A DNA stretch of 17,384 bases from Planctomycetota bacterium (GTDB lineage: Bacteria; Planctomycetota; UBA1135), in contig JASFYO010000050.1 in assembly GCA_045047305.1 (NCBI GenBank), forward strand, positions 1 through 17,384. Direction: 5' to 3'. How positions within the stretch are numbered: position 1 is the stretch's first letter; each line of letters begins with the position of its first letter. Positions 7,713-15,633 of the stretch are shown in pieces. The notes beneath the pieces are model-generated. The model was not told where the DNA came from and did no database searches. It worked only from the letters and a program-made list of their open reading frames with translations. The position numbers and the translations under genes are program-made.

Positions 7713-9366
7713 GAACGTGGTTCGGAACCTCCCCCGCCGATCCACTGTAACGCGGGTCGGCGATGGCTTCCCAACCAGACTTGGTGCGGAAGATGGCGTT
7801 GACATCGCCTAAACGTTTGCGCAATCGGATAGGCTGACCGAAAGAACGTAGAGCCTCTTTTTGCGACGCATTCAAGCGTTCCGTTTCATACTGCACTTCT
7901 GGCGGCAAGTCTTGACGGTGAAAACGTGGGGCACGCATGGAAGCGGCTGGGCTCAGGTGATAGGAGTAACGGGCAAGCAGTACTTGCAACACCGTAGTCA
8001 AAATCGTCGGACCACCAGGGCTTCCGACCACGGCATCGACCTTGCCATCTTCGACCACAATGACCGGGCACATGGAAGAAAGTGGTCGACGTCCAGCAGC
8101 CACCGCGTTGTACTTGCTTTGCACTAAACCGTATTGATTGGCGGTTCCTGGAAGAGCCGCAAAGTCATCCATTTCATTGTTCATGACGAAACCACCTGGC
8201 GCCATCACTTTCGCGCCATACGCTCCGTTTAAGGTTGTGGTGCAACTGACTGCGGCGCCAGCGCCATCCACCACCGAGAAGTGTGTAGTTTCCAAATGCT
8301 CAATCGGCGGCGAGGATAGGTTTCGCGCTGGCGGCGTGTAAGTGGAACTGCCCAAACTCCGGCGCCGGCGGCGCAAATACTCGGTCTCCACCAAATCATG
8401 GGGATCAAAGTCCAGGCTTGCTGGATCTCCTAACCAAGCGTTGCGGTCGCGGAATGCAGCGGAAGTTGCTTCACCAAGAAATTGAATGCTGCGTGGGTCG
8501 TCGAATCCCCAAACGTCGAACGGTGTCCCCTCCAAGGTGAAGAGAGCCTGCTGCAGGAAAATTCCGCCACTCGATGGCAATGGTGCAGCAAGAACTTCCC
8601 GTCCATCCCATTCGAAGCTCCAAACTTCACGCAGGGTGGGCCGATAGTCTGCAAAATCTTTTTGCTGCAAGATGCCGCCACCTGCTTCACTTGCCTCAAT
8701 CATGCCATCCACCAAAGCGCCACGTTGCATCACGCTAACTCCCTGTTCACGAATCAGGCCTATCGTTTCGGCGAGTTGCGGTTGGCGGAACAAGTCGTCG
8801 GTCTGCAATGCACGTCCTTGCGGGAAGAACACCTCGCTTGCAACTGCATCGTCGCGCATCGCCTGACCATAGTTCTCTAAACGCGAGGCCTCGCGGGCAT
8901 CAATCCGATACCCATCTCGCGCCAAATCTTCCGCCGGCTTCAATAAATCACTCCACGGCAAGCGCCCCCACCGCTGATGCGCATCCCACATGCCAGGAAC
9001 CGCGCCAGGCACGCCCACCGCTTTCCACCCCACCTGCGATGCTTTCGCAACCGGACGCCCGGCCTCATCTAAATACAAGTCTGAGGTCGCAGCCGCCGGG
9101 GCAACTTCGCGAAAATCTAAAAACCATGCTTGGCCCTCGGCATCGCGATAAAGCAAAAAACCGCCGCCACCGAGGTTCCCGGCATACGGATAAGTCACCG
9201 CCAAAGCGAAGTGTACTGCGATTGCCGCATCGATGGCATTCCCACCCTGCGCCAAAATTTTCAAACCCACTTCGGTGGCATCGGCCTGTGAGGTCGCAAC
9301 CGCACCCTGCCCCGATGTTTGGGCCAGGCCGAGCGCGAGACTTAGGAGGGTGGGAGCCAACAACAT
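7687..9366 (-). CDS. ggt: Gamma-glutamyltransferase (exported)
   Basis: GGNAIDAAIA, GNLGGGGF, DFREVAP, VGVPGAV, PLPSSGG, autocatalytic ETTHFSVVD, NNEMDDF, RPLSSM, GSPGG, plus an N-terminal signal peptide. Confidence 0.95.
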   Translation of the reverse strand: MLLAPTLLSLALGLAQTSGQGAVATSQADATEVGLKILAQGGNAIDAAIAVHFALAVTYPYAGNLGGGGFLLYRDAEGQAWFLDFREVAPAAATSDLYLDEAGRPVAKASQVGWKAVGVPGAVPGMWDAHQRWGRLPWSDLLKPAEDLARDGYRIDAREASRLENYGQAMRDDAVASEVFFPQGRALQTDDLFRQPQLAETIGLIREQGVSVMQRGALVDGMIEASEAGGGILQQKDFADYRPTLREVWSFEWDGREVLAAPLPSSGGIFLQQALFTLEGTPFDVWGFDDPRSIQFLGEATSAAFRDRNAWLGDPASLDFDPHDLVETEYLRRRRRSLGSSTYTPPARNLSSPPIEHLETTHFSVVDGAGAAVSCTTTLNGAYGAKVMAPGGFVMNNEMDDFAALPGTANQYGLVQSKYNAVAAGRRPLSSMCPVIVVEDGKVDAVVGSPGGPTILTTVLQVLLARYSYHLSPAASMRAPRFHRQDLPPEVQYETERLNASQKEALRSFGQPIRLRKRLGDVNAIFRTKSGWEAIADPRYSGSAGEVPNHVPSGTGIPQ

Positions 9367-9378
9367 GCCCCCAGTCTA
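9367..9378 (-). promoter_or_regulatory. Putative -10 box of a leaderless ggt transcript
   Basis: Minus strand reads TAGACT (9378->9373), GGGGGC, then ATG (9366): a TAnnnT hexamer 6 nt before the start codon. Confidence 0.45.
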
Positions 9379-9398
9379 GTCACTCGAATTCGGAACCT

Positions 9399-10715
9399 CT
9401 AAAGCAGTTCCATGTCAGCAACCGCATCATCCGATGCAAACACCACGTTCACGCGGGTACCTTGGAGATCAATACTGCGCATCATGGGTGCGCGCTCCAT
9501 CCCGCGGCTGCGCAAGGCTGCGGCGAATTCCACGGCATCTGCTTGACTGTCCCAAACCGTGCTCCAATGCATGATTTTGCGACCATCCTCATTGAGGTAT
9601 GCGCGGTATTGATCACCGCCCCAGCCAGAACTCTCAGGGACCGCCATACGCGCACCACCCATGGAAACAGCCATTGCTGTTGGCACATTTTTCATCACTA
9701 ACATGGCGCAACCAAGCTCGCCAAGCGTATCAGTATCGACCAAGGACCAGCCAGCGCCAAGGCTTTCGCTGCGGTCGGCAACCTCAACCTCGATGGGTGC
9801 ATCGAAAAGATCCTCATCCCAATACTTTTCCGGGTGGAGGATTTGTTCGCTGGAAGTTGGAGGGTCGCGAAACATGTGCTGTAAATCTTCATCTGCTGGC
9901 GCCATCATCATGGCAGCCATAAAGGACTCGGAAGTCTGACGCAAAACGAAGGTGTTGCCATCGATATAAGGCAATGACATATTGATGATGAAGTAAGGCG
10001 GAACCTTGTCCATAGTGCCCATCATGGCGTTAATCATGTCGCCATCCATCATGGTGCTGGCATCTAGCCACTGATTCCGAATGCCTTTCATCAAGTAAAG
10101 GTTACCCGCGGAACTTGCACTTCCTTCGACCGCACTGCGAATGGCGAATTCCGTATCCGAGTTGCCCGCATGTTGGTCAAAGATGGCTTCCAAATCAAAA
10201 TATTGATCATCCAAAGCGTGCGTCAATTCGTGCGCCATGATGTAGTCGGCCATCGCCCCCTTATTGAAGGTCGACATCATGAAGAACTTACCTTCTTTGG
10301 GATCGTAATAACCACCGACTTGGCTGCGCAACATATCCATCATGGTTTGTTGAAAGTTCATCTCCGCAGGCATGAAACCAAACAACACGTAACTCGAAGT
10401 CATGCCGGCCAAACGATCGGCACCATACTCTTCATCGAAGCTACCTTCGGCGAAGGCAACGAACTCATCCGGAGTGGTGATGCCCACCGGAACTTCCTTT
10501 TTCCACTCCCAGCCACGCAACTCCGCGACGCGTGGAATAATCACGGCAGCAAGCGCCTCGAGCTCTTCCTGAGAAAGACCGCCCTCCCCTTCCAGGTCTT
10601 CCATGGGGATTTCGTACGGATCCTCCTGCGGCGGAAGCTCCGCTGCAGAAAGAGTTGGGATTATCAGGGCGCAAAACCCAAAAGCGATGAGTAAGGAGGG
10701 TGAGAGTTTCATCAT
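9399..10715 (-). CDS. Secreted zincin-like putative metallopeptidase (DUF6782-like)
   Basis: Signal peptide, GGYYDP, HELTHALDDQYF (HExxH), downstream AVEGSA (third-ligand Glu), PYIDG, PPTSSEQILHPEKY, TLGELG, GWGGD, WDSQADAVEF. Confidence 0.8.
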   Translation of the reverse strand: MMKLSPSLLIAFGFCALIIPTLSAAELPPQEDPYEIPMEDLEGEGGLSQEELEALAAVIIPRVAELRGWEWKKEVPVGITTPDEFVAFAEGSFDEEYGADRLAGMTSSYVLFGFMPAEMNFQQTMMDMLRSQVGGYYDPKEGKFFMMSTFNKGAMADYIMAHELTHALDDQYFDLEAIFDQHAGNSDTEFAIRSAVEGSASSAGNLYLMKGIRNQWLDASTMMDGDMINAMMGTMDKVPPYFIINMSLPYIDGNTFVLRQTSESFMAAMMMAPADEDLQHMFRDPPTSSEQILHPEKYWDEDLFDAPIEVEVADRSESLGAGWSLVDTDTLGELGCAMLVMKNVPTAMAVSMGGARMAVPESSGWGGDQYRAYLNEDGRKIMHWSTVWDSQADAVEFAAALRSRGMERAPMMRSIDLQGTRVNVVFASDDAVADMELL

Positions 10716-10744
10716 GGCTGTACTAGAATACGTCTACGCGACTC
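10716..10744. promoter_or_regulatory. Putative bidirectional -10 element between the zincin gene and the FAD oxidoreductase gene
   Basis: 29-bp divergent gap. Plus-strand TAGAAT (10724-10729) overlaps minus-strand TATTCT (10730->10725). Confidence 0.55.
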
Positions 10745-11827
10745 ATGAAGAAACGTCAGGTAATCATTGTGGGAGGCGGCATTGCAGGTGCTGCTACAGC
10801 TTGGGCTCTCGCCGAAGCCGGGATGACCGATGTCTTGCTGCTGGAAAAGGCCGAAACCCCGGGGGTGCATTCCACTGGGCGCAACGCTGCCATCCTGCGC
10901 ACCGCGATTCCGAACCACACTCTTCAGGCGCTGGCCCTGGAATCCGCCGAGTTTTACCGTGCCCCACCAGCCGGATTTGCCCCGCAACCGCTAGTGGACC
11001 AAGTCGGACTCTTCCTCACCACCACCACCGCTGCCGATGCCGACGCCCTGCTCCCCTGGGTCACCCACGGCCAAGAAGTGGATTGGGCAGAGGTGCAAGC
11101 GCATCACCCGTACCTGAAAGTTCAAAATGGCCGCGCCTGGCATTTTGCCGATGAAGGCGTCTTGGACGTGCACGCCATCCTGCATGGCTTCCTGCACCAT
11201 GCGCAAGCGGCAGGTGTGGAGATTCGTTATCGCACCGAGGTGACGGATTTGCTCCTCGACGACACCCAAATTCTTGGCGTCTCCACCCCCGAAGGCCCCA
11301 TCCACGCTGCGTGCGTAGTGCTTGCGGAGGGTGGATGGGCCGGACGTCTCGCACAGCAGCACGGCAGTTCTGCTCCCTCCTTCCAAGCAAGACGCCGGCA
11401 CTTAATGGTCAGTGGTGTGGATCACGCCATCAATCCGCAAGCTCCCGTGGTGTGGAATCTCGGCGCCGACGAGTTTTACTTCCGACCGGAGAGTGGCGGA
11501 TTACTCATGTCCGCCTGCGACCACGTTGCTGTTTCCGCCGAAGATGGAGAGATTCTGGATCGCGATGTGCTGAGTTACGTCGCGGAAAAAGCCTTACGCT
11601 GGCTACCGGGTTTGGAAAATCTCAATGCCGCGCATGCATGGGCCGGCATGCGCACCTTCCCAGAATCGAATGGTTTTCATATCGGCCCCGACGCAAATCT
11701 GCAAGGCTTGCACTGGGTCGCCGGATTGGGTGGACACGGGATGACCTGCGCCCCTGCCGTCGGACGTTTAGCTGCTAGACTTCTGCTCGGCAGTAGGAAG
11801 GATCTCGGGCAGAGCATCGAAATTTAG
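10745..11827 (+). CDS. FAD-dependent oxidoreductase, DAO/DadA family (D-amino acid dehydrogenase or sarcosine oxidase-beta-like)
   Basis: Rossmann VIIVGGGIAG, LLEK, HSTGRNAA, VVLAEGGWA, YFRPESGGLL, WAGMRTF, GLGGHGMTCAPAVG. Confidence 0.9.
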   Translation: MKKRQVIIVGGGIAGAATAWALAEAGMTDVLLLEKAETPGVHSTGRNAAILRTAIPNHTLQALALESAEFYRAPPAGFAPQPLVDQVGLFLTTTTAADADALLPWVTHGQEVDWAEVQAHHPYLKVQNGRAWHFADEGVLDVHAILHGFLHHAQAAGVEIRYRTEVTDLLLDDTQILGVSTPEGPIHAACVVLAEGGWAGRLAQQHGSSAPSFQARRRHLMVSGVDHAINPQAPVVWNLGADEFYFRPESGGLLMSACDHVAVSAEDGEILDRDVLSYVAEKALRWLPGLENLNAAHAWAGMRTFPESNGFHIGPDANLQGLHWVAGLGGHGMTCAPAVGRLAARLLLGSRKDLGQSIEI

Positions 11828-12553
11828 CTCTGGCGCCAGACCGAACTGCATGGTGAGAATCGCACCCTGAGCGGACTTGCGATTGCTGCCGAGAAGCCGA
11901 CCTCCATGACGACGCATAACGCGAGCCGCAGAATGCAATCCGAGACCGCGCACTTTGCCTTCGCCACCTTTACTACTGAGGAATGGACGCGTGAGGTCGG
12001 CAAGGTGGCCTTGCGGTAAGCCAGGGCCGGAATCGACGATTTCGACGAAGGCGCCGTCTTCCGATTCGCCCCACCGGATGAACAGCTTGCGCTCACTTGC
12101 ACCATCCATGGCTTCAAATGCATTCCACATCAGGTTGAGCAGGGTTCGTTGGAGATCGACCCGCTGACCATGGACGGAGAGTGTATCCGGGCCTGCGAAG
12201 CTCACCGTGGCAGCGCCGTCGGCACGCGCCTGAAACAAATCCACGGCCTCCACCGCCAACTTGGCCAAATCCACCGGCATGTTCTGCGGCGGGCGGCCAT
12301 CGGCAAGGGCCAACATTTCTTCGCACAGGTTCATGGCATGTGCTGCAGAAAGGCGGATGGCATCTAGGCTGCTGCACAAATCCTGGGTGCGTGATGGGGT
12401 GACAGCGTCTGGATTCTTGCGCGCGGCTTGCAACTGCAGGTCTGCATTGCCGATGACCACTCCAAGAAGATTCTTGATGTCGTGCGCAGCGAGTGCCGCT
12501 TCCAGCGGTTCGGCGCTCTCAGAGGAGGAGAAATCGGATTCAGATTTGGTCAT
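11768..12553 (-). CDS. Histidine kinase (HisKA + HATPase_c) without a sensor domain
   Basis: H-box AHDIKNLL, N-box LNLMWNAFEAM, G1 DSGPG, F-box PFLSSK, G2 GLGL. Only about 22 residues precede the His. Confidence 0.88.
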   Translation of the reverse strand: MTKSESDFSSSESAEPLEAALAAHDIKNLLGVVIGNADLQLQAARKNPDAVTPSRTQDLCSSLDAIRLSAAHAMNLCEEMLALADGRPPQNMPVDLAKLAVEAVDLFQARADGAATVSFAGPDTLSVHGQRVDLQRTLLNLMWNAFEAMDGASERKLFIRWGESEDGAFVEIVDSGPGLPQGHLADLTRPFLSSKGGEGKVRGLGLHSAARVMRRHGGRLLGSNRKSAQGAILTMQFGLAPELNFDALPEILPTAEQKSSS

Positions 12554-12582
12554 CGGGAGTCCCTATGCCAGAATGTTTGCCT
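12554..12582. promoter_or_regulatory. Putative bidirectional -10 element between the histidine kinase and the SQS/PSY-like gene
   Basis: Plus-strand CAGAAT (12569-12574) is 8 nt before GTG 12583 and overlaps minus-strand CATTCT (12575->12570). Confidence 0.4.
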
Positions 12583-13431
12583 GTGGACTACGGCCATGCA
12601 AGACGATTCGCGACGAGAGAGGCGCGCCGCATAGCGGGTGACCTCTACCCGGGGCCAGTGCTGATGCCTCGGGGGCTTCTGCGCGGGCTTGACCCCATCC
12701 TAGCGGTTGCGTTGGGTCCAGCGCTAGAAGGTCGCGAATCCTTCCATCTTGCATTCGAAAATATGTTGCGCGGCCGCCCCGATGGCCCGCTCTTATTGGC
12801 GCTATGGAGTTCAGCGACCAGTGGCGAGATTCCTCAGGAAGATCTACGCCGGATTCTGAAACGTATGCCAGTCCCGATGCCAGAGTCCCCCGCCACCCGC
12901 GGCGAGCTATTGGCCTATTTGCACCCGCGCGCTTCCACGCTTTCACGCTGTACTTTGGCGCTCGCGCAACGCTTGGACCCCGAAGCCTTAGCTCCGGCCG
13001 AGCGTTTAGCCTGTGGTTTTGTAGTCACCCGCCTACTCACCGACTTGCCCAAACATTTGGCTGCGGGCAAATTGCATTTGCCTCATTCCGACCTAGAAGA
13101 AGCTGGTTTGAGTCGCGAAGAACTTTTTGGCATGGTGCGCACGCCCGCTGTGGACCGTTTCCTACTTTTGGAATGTGAGTGGGCGCGTGATCTTCTGCGC
13201 CAAGGGTTACCCGTCTGTGAACGCGTTGGTGCGCGCCTGCAACGTGGACTACGCGCGGCAGTTTTACGTTCAGAAATGTTATTACGCCGCGTTCGTAAAC
13301 CAGGCAACGACATCTTCCGCAACCCACCTACGCTGACCAACTCCGAGCGCTGGCGCTGCGCCGTGCGTGCCTGGCAACCCATCAAAGCCAAGTCGATTCC
13401 GCACAGCGACAGACCCTCGGCCCCACAATGA
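12583..13431 (+). CDS. Squalene/phytoene synthase-like (HpnC/HpnD-related) protein with degenerate Asp-rich motifs
   Basis: The C-terminal half matches the SQS_PSY pattern: VTRLLTDLPKHLAAGKLHLPHSDLEEAGL (cf. TNxLRDvxED..GRiYLP.edL), ARDLLRQGLP, DIFRNPPTL. The start is uncertain: GTG 12583 or ATG 12565. The ORF-track start at 12493 overlaps the kinase. Confidence 0.72.
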   Translation: MDYGHARRFATREARRIAGDLYPGPVLMPRGLLRGLDPILAVALGPALEGRESFHLAFENMLRGRPDGPLLLALWSSATSGEIPQEDLRRILKRMPVPMPESPATRGELLAYLHPRASTLSRCTLALAQRLDPEALAPAERLACGFVVTRLLTDLPKHLAAGKLHLPHSDLEEAGLSREELFGMVRTPAVDRFLLLECEWARDLLRQGLPVCERVGARLQRGLRAAVLRSEMLLRRVRKPGNDIFRNPPTLTNSERWRCAVRAWQPIKAKSIPHSDRPSAPQ

Positions 13432-14513
13432 AATCAAAAGTCGCCCTAGTGCGCGCTTCGGCCGACACGATTTTCGAAGACATGGCACGGGTCATGGATC
13501 TAGGTGGCGCTGCGGAAGCCTTGCCGCCAAAATCCACGGTGATCCTTAAGGACAACATCACCTGGCATTTACCCTTTCTTTCGGCAAACACCACACCGTG
13601 GCAGCTCGAAGGCGCCGTGCGCTGGTTGAAGGGCCATCAACGCGACATGATTGCAGTGCATAACGACACCGTGGTCACCGACCCCAAAGAAGGCTTAATC
13701 AATCTTAAGCTGCAGCCGATTTACAGCACTTATGAGATTGAACAGTTTTTCGTCAATGAGCCAGAAAGTGTTTCTTGGTCGAAGTGGCGGCCGAAAACGG
13801 AAACTCCGTGGCTAGACAAGGTTTATCCAGAAGGTGCTGAGTTCCCTAATCTATTTCACGGCAAGAGTGTGTTGCATTTCCCTACGGTGAAAACGCACAT
13901 TTACACCACCACCACCGGCGCGATTAAAAACAGCTTCGGCGGATTGCTGAACTCGAAGCGTCACTATTGTCACACTTGGATTCATGGAGTTTTAGCGGAC
14001 TTAGTTGCCGTACAAAAAGAATTGCATAGCGGCATGTTTGCCGTTGCCGACGGCACCCTCGCCGGCAATGGCCCGGGACCCCGCACCATGGTTCCAGTGG
14101 AGAAAAACGTGCTGATTGCATCGAGCGATCCGGTTGCCATGGATGCTGTGGCCGCCCGCCTCATGGGGTTTGAGCCAGGGAAGATTGATTACCTTCGCGA
14201 ATGCGCAGAGCGCGGCTTGGGGGTTATCGATGAATCCCAAATCGAAATGGTTGGCGATGATTTTGAATTCGGGTGGGGCTTCGACGTCGGCGACAACCTC
14301 GCCTCTCGTTTCGGCGATGTGATGTGGTTTGGTGCTTTGCAGAGACTGCAAAACTTGTTCTTCCACACGCCGTTAGTACATTTCTTCAGTGCCGGGTCAC
14401 ACGTGTACCACGACGAGTTTTGGTGGCGTAGGCATGGACGTAAGCGGATGCAGAAGGTGGCTGAAACCAGCCAATGGGGCCGCTTGTTTGCAGATTATCG
14501 CCCGCGGGGCTGA
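13428..14513 (+). CDS. DUF362 domain protein
   Basis: KVALVR, ILKDN, TTPWQLEG, PTVKTH..TTTTGAIKNSFG, ADGTLAGNGPGP, IASSDPVAMDAVAARLMGF, GLG. ATGA overlap with the upstream stop codon. Confidence 0.88.
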   Translation: MKSKVALVRASADTIFEDMARVMDLGGAAEALPPKSTVILKDNITWHLPFLSANTTPWQLEGAVRWLKGHQRDMIAVHNDTVVTDPKEGLINLKLQPIYSTYEIEQFFVNEPESVSWSKWRPKTETPWLDKVYPEGAEFPNLFHGKSVLHFPTVKTHIYTTTTGAIKNSFGGLLNSKRHYCHTWIHGVLADLVAVQKELHSGMFAVADGTLAGNGPGPRTMVPVEKNVLIASSDPVAMDAVAARLMGFEPGKIDYLRECAERGLGVIDESQIEMVGDDFEFGWGFDVGDNLASRFGDVMWFGALQRLQNLFFHTPLVHFFSAGSHVYHDEFWWRRHGRKRMQKVAETSQWGRLFADYRPRG

Positions 14514-14968
14514 GATTCTTCAGGAGGAAAACGCATGATGAAAATATCATGCACCGCCAGTTGCCCAAGCTCCTGCTTCAGGCCAAAGAGTATGCCCGGG
14601 TACCAATAGATATAGCCGACATGAGCGTCCCGATGCACTTGTGCAATAAGTCCGTCCACAGGATAGGCCTGAAGCATATCCCCTAGGCTAGAGCCCACTC
14701 CGATTCCGGAGGCCGTCTCCCAACCAGGCGCATGCACCGAGATGTACTCCAACCGATCCTCTTCATCAAACTGAAACTCGAATCTCAGTTTCTGAGGGTC
14801 TTTCTCTTCAAGAGAATGACCGTCGGCCAAAACCTCTTCACGCGTAGTCACGCCCAAGTCATAAGGGCCGACGCCATTACCCGGGACGATGAGAGTTTCG
14901 TTTCTAAGTGAGGTAGCGCAAGAAATCATCCCCCCACAAAGCAGAATAGCCATGCTTAGAAACTTCAT
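14495..14968 (-). CDS. Hypothetical exported protein, possible lipoprotein
   Basis: MKFLSMAILLCGGMIS-C signal with a possible lipidated Cys, followed by LIVPGNGVGPYDLG and ETASGIGVGSS..AY. It fills the gap between DUF362 and the sigma gene. Confidence 0.65.
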   Translation of the reverse strand: MKFLSMAILLCGGMISCATSLRNETLIVPGNGVGPYDLGVTTREEVLADGHSLEEKDPQKLRFEFQFDEEDRLEYISVHAPGWETASGIGVGSSLGDMLQAYPVDGLIAQVHRDAHVGYIYWYPGILFGLKQELGQLAVHDIFIMRFPPEESQPRGR

Positions 14969-14976
14969 TTCTTAGG

Positions 14977-15003
14977 GACGCAGAACGGGCACGATTTCTT
15001 GCA
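14977..15003 (-). promoter_or_regulatory. Putative ECF-sigma promoter TGCAAGA-N16-CGTC
   Basis: Minus strand: TGCAAGA (15003->14997), 16-nt spacer, CGTC (14980->14977), 8 nt, ATG 14968. This resembles the ECF-type TGTCACA-N16-CGTC architecture. Confidence 0.4.
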
Positions 15004-15023
15004 TCAAACGCCCTACGAAACGC

Positions 15024-15605
15024 CTAGGCTGCGCCTTCATATTTCGCATCGGCGCATTTACGCACAGAAGCGCGGCCACGATGCAAAATCTGACGTAGGT
15101 TTTCCGAACTCACGCCCAGCAGCTCGGCAGCTTCTTGAGAGCTGAGTCCTTCCAAGGCGCGCAGTTCTAAAGCTTCGCGCTGATGAAAGGGCAGGGCTTC
15201 CATGCAGCGTTGCACAATATCCAATAACTCAGCTTGCTCATTGAACGGCTGAAAGTGGGTGTCTTCCCAGTGGCCGTTGGCAATAAAACTATCCCGTTCT
15301 GGATCATCACTGCTCACCAAAATCTCGCGGCCACGCTTGCGAAAGACATCGGTAACTTTGTGGCGGAGGATTCCAAAAGCAAAGGCGCGAAGGGAAACGC
15401 GGCCATCGTACTTGTTAGCACCTCGAAGGACGCCAACCATAGCATCTTGTAAAACGTCTTCTGCGGTGGATTCATCTCCCACCATTTTGCGCGCAAATCC
15501 GTACATCTCACCGGCTAACTGCTTGAACATCTCAGTTGCTGCATCTTCATCCCCTTCCGCTACGCGGGTGGCAAGTTGAAGATCGGCGGCGTGCTTGGAT
15601 GTCAT
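15024..15605 (-). CDS. ECF-type RNA polymerase sigma-70 factor
   Basis: Region 2: AEDVLQDA, FAFGILRHKVTDVFR. Region 4: LPFHQREALELRALEGLSSQEAAELLGVS..NLRQILHRGR. Linker contains FIANGHW. ATG 15605 chosen because the longer start overlaps yigZ. Confidence 0.92.
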   Translation of the reverse strand: MTSKHAADLQLATRVAEGDEDAATEMFKQLAGEMYGFARKMVGDESTAEDVLQDAMVGVLRGANKYDGRVSLRAFAFGILRHKVTDVFRKRGREILVSSDDPERDSFIANGHWEDTHFQPFNEQAELLDIVQRCMEALPFHQREALELRALEGLSSQEAAELLGVSSENLRQILHRGRASVRKCADAKYEGAA

Positions 15606-15624
15606 GACAAATGCGGGCGCAGTG

Positions 15625-15633
15625 ATTCTAACA
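15625..15633 (-). promoter_or_regulatory. Putative extended -10 (TGtTAGAAT) upstream of the ECF gene
   Basis: Minus-strand TGT-TAGAAT overlaps the yigZ stop codon and lies 19 nt before ATG 15605. Confidence 0.4.

Noticed and set aside
8808..9701. 297-aa plus-strand ORF and other long alternative ORFs (e.g. 3594-4196, 1200-1712, 10603-11154)
   Set aside because: They are antisense or off-frame shadows of well-supported genes, Pro/Arg/His-rich and without motifs.
13904..13917. ACC trinucleotide runs (also near 11018-11029) as phase-variable repeats
   Set aside because: They are short in-frame Thr codon runs. TTTTGA lies in the conserved DUF362 motif region.
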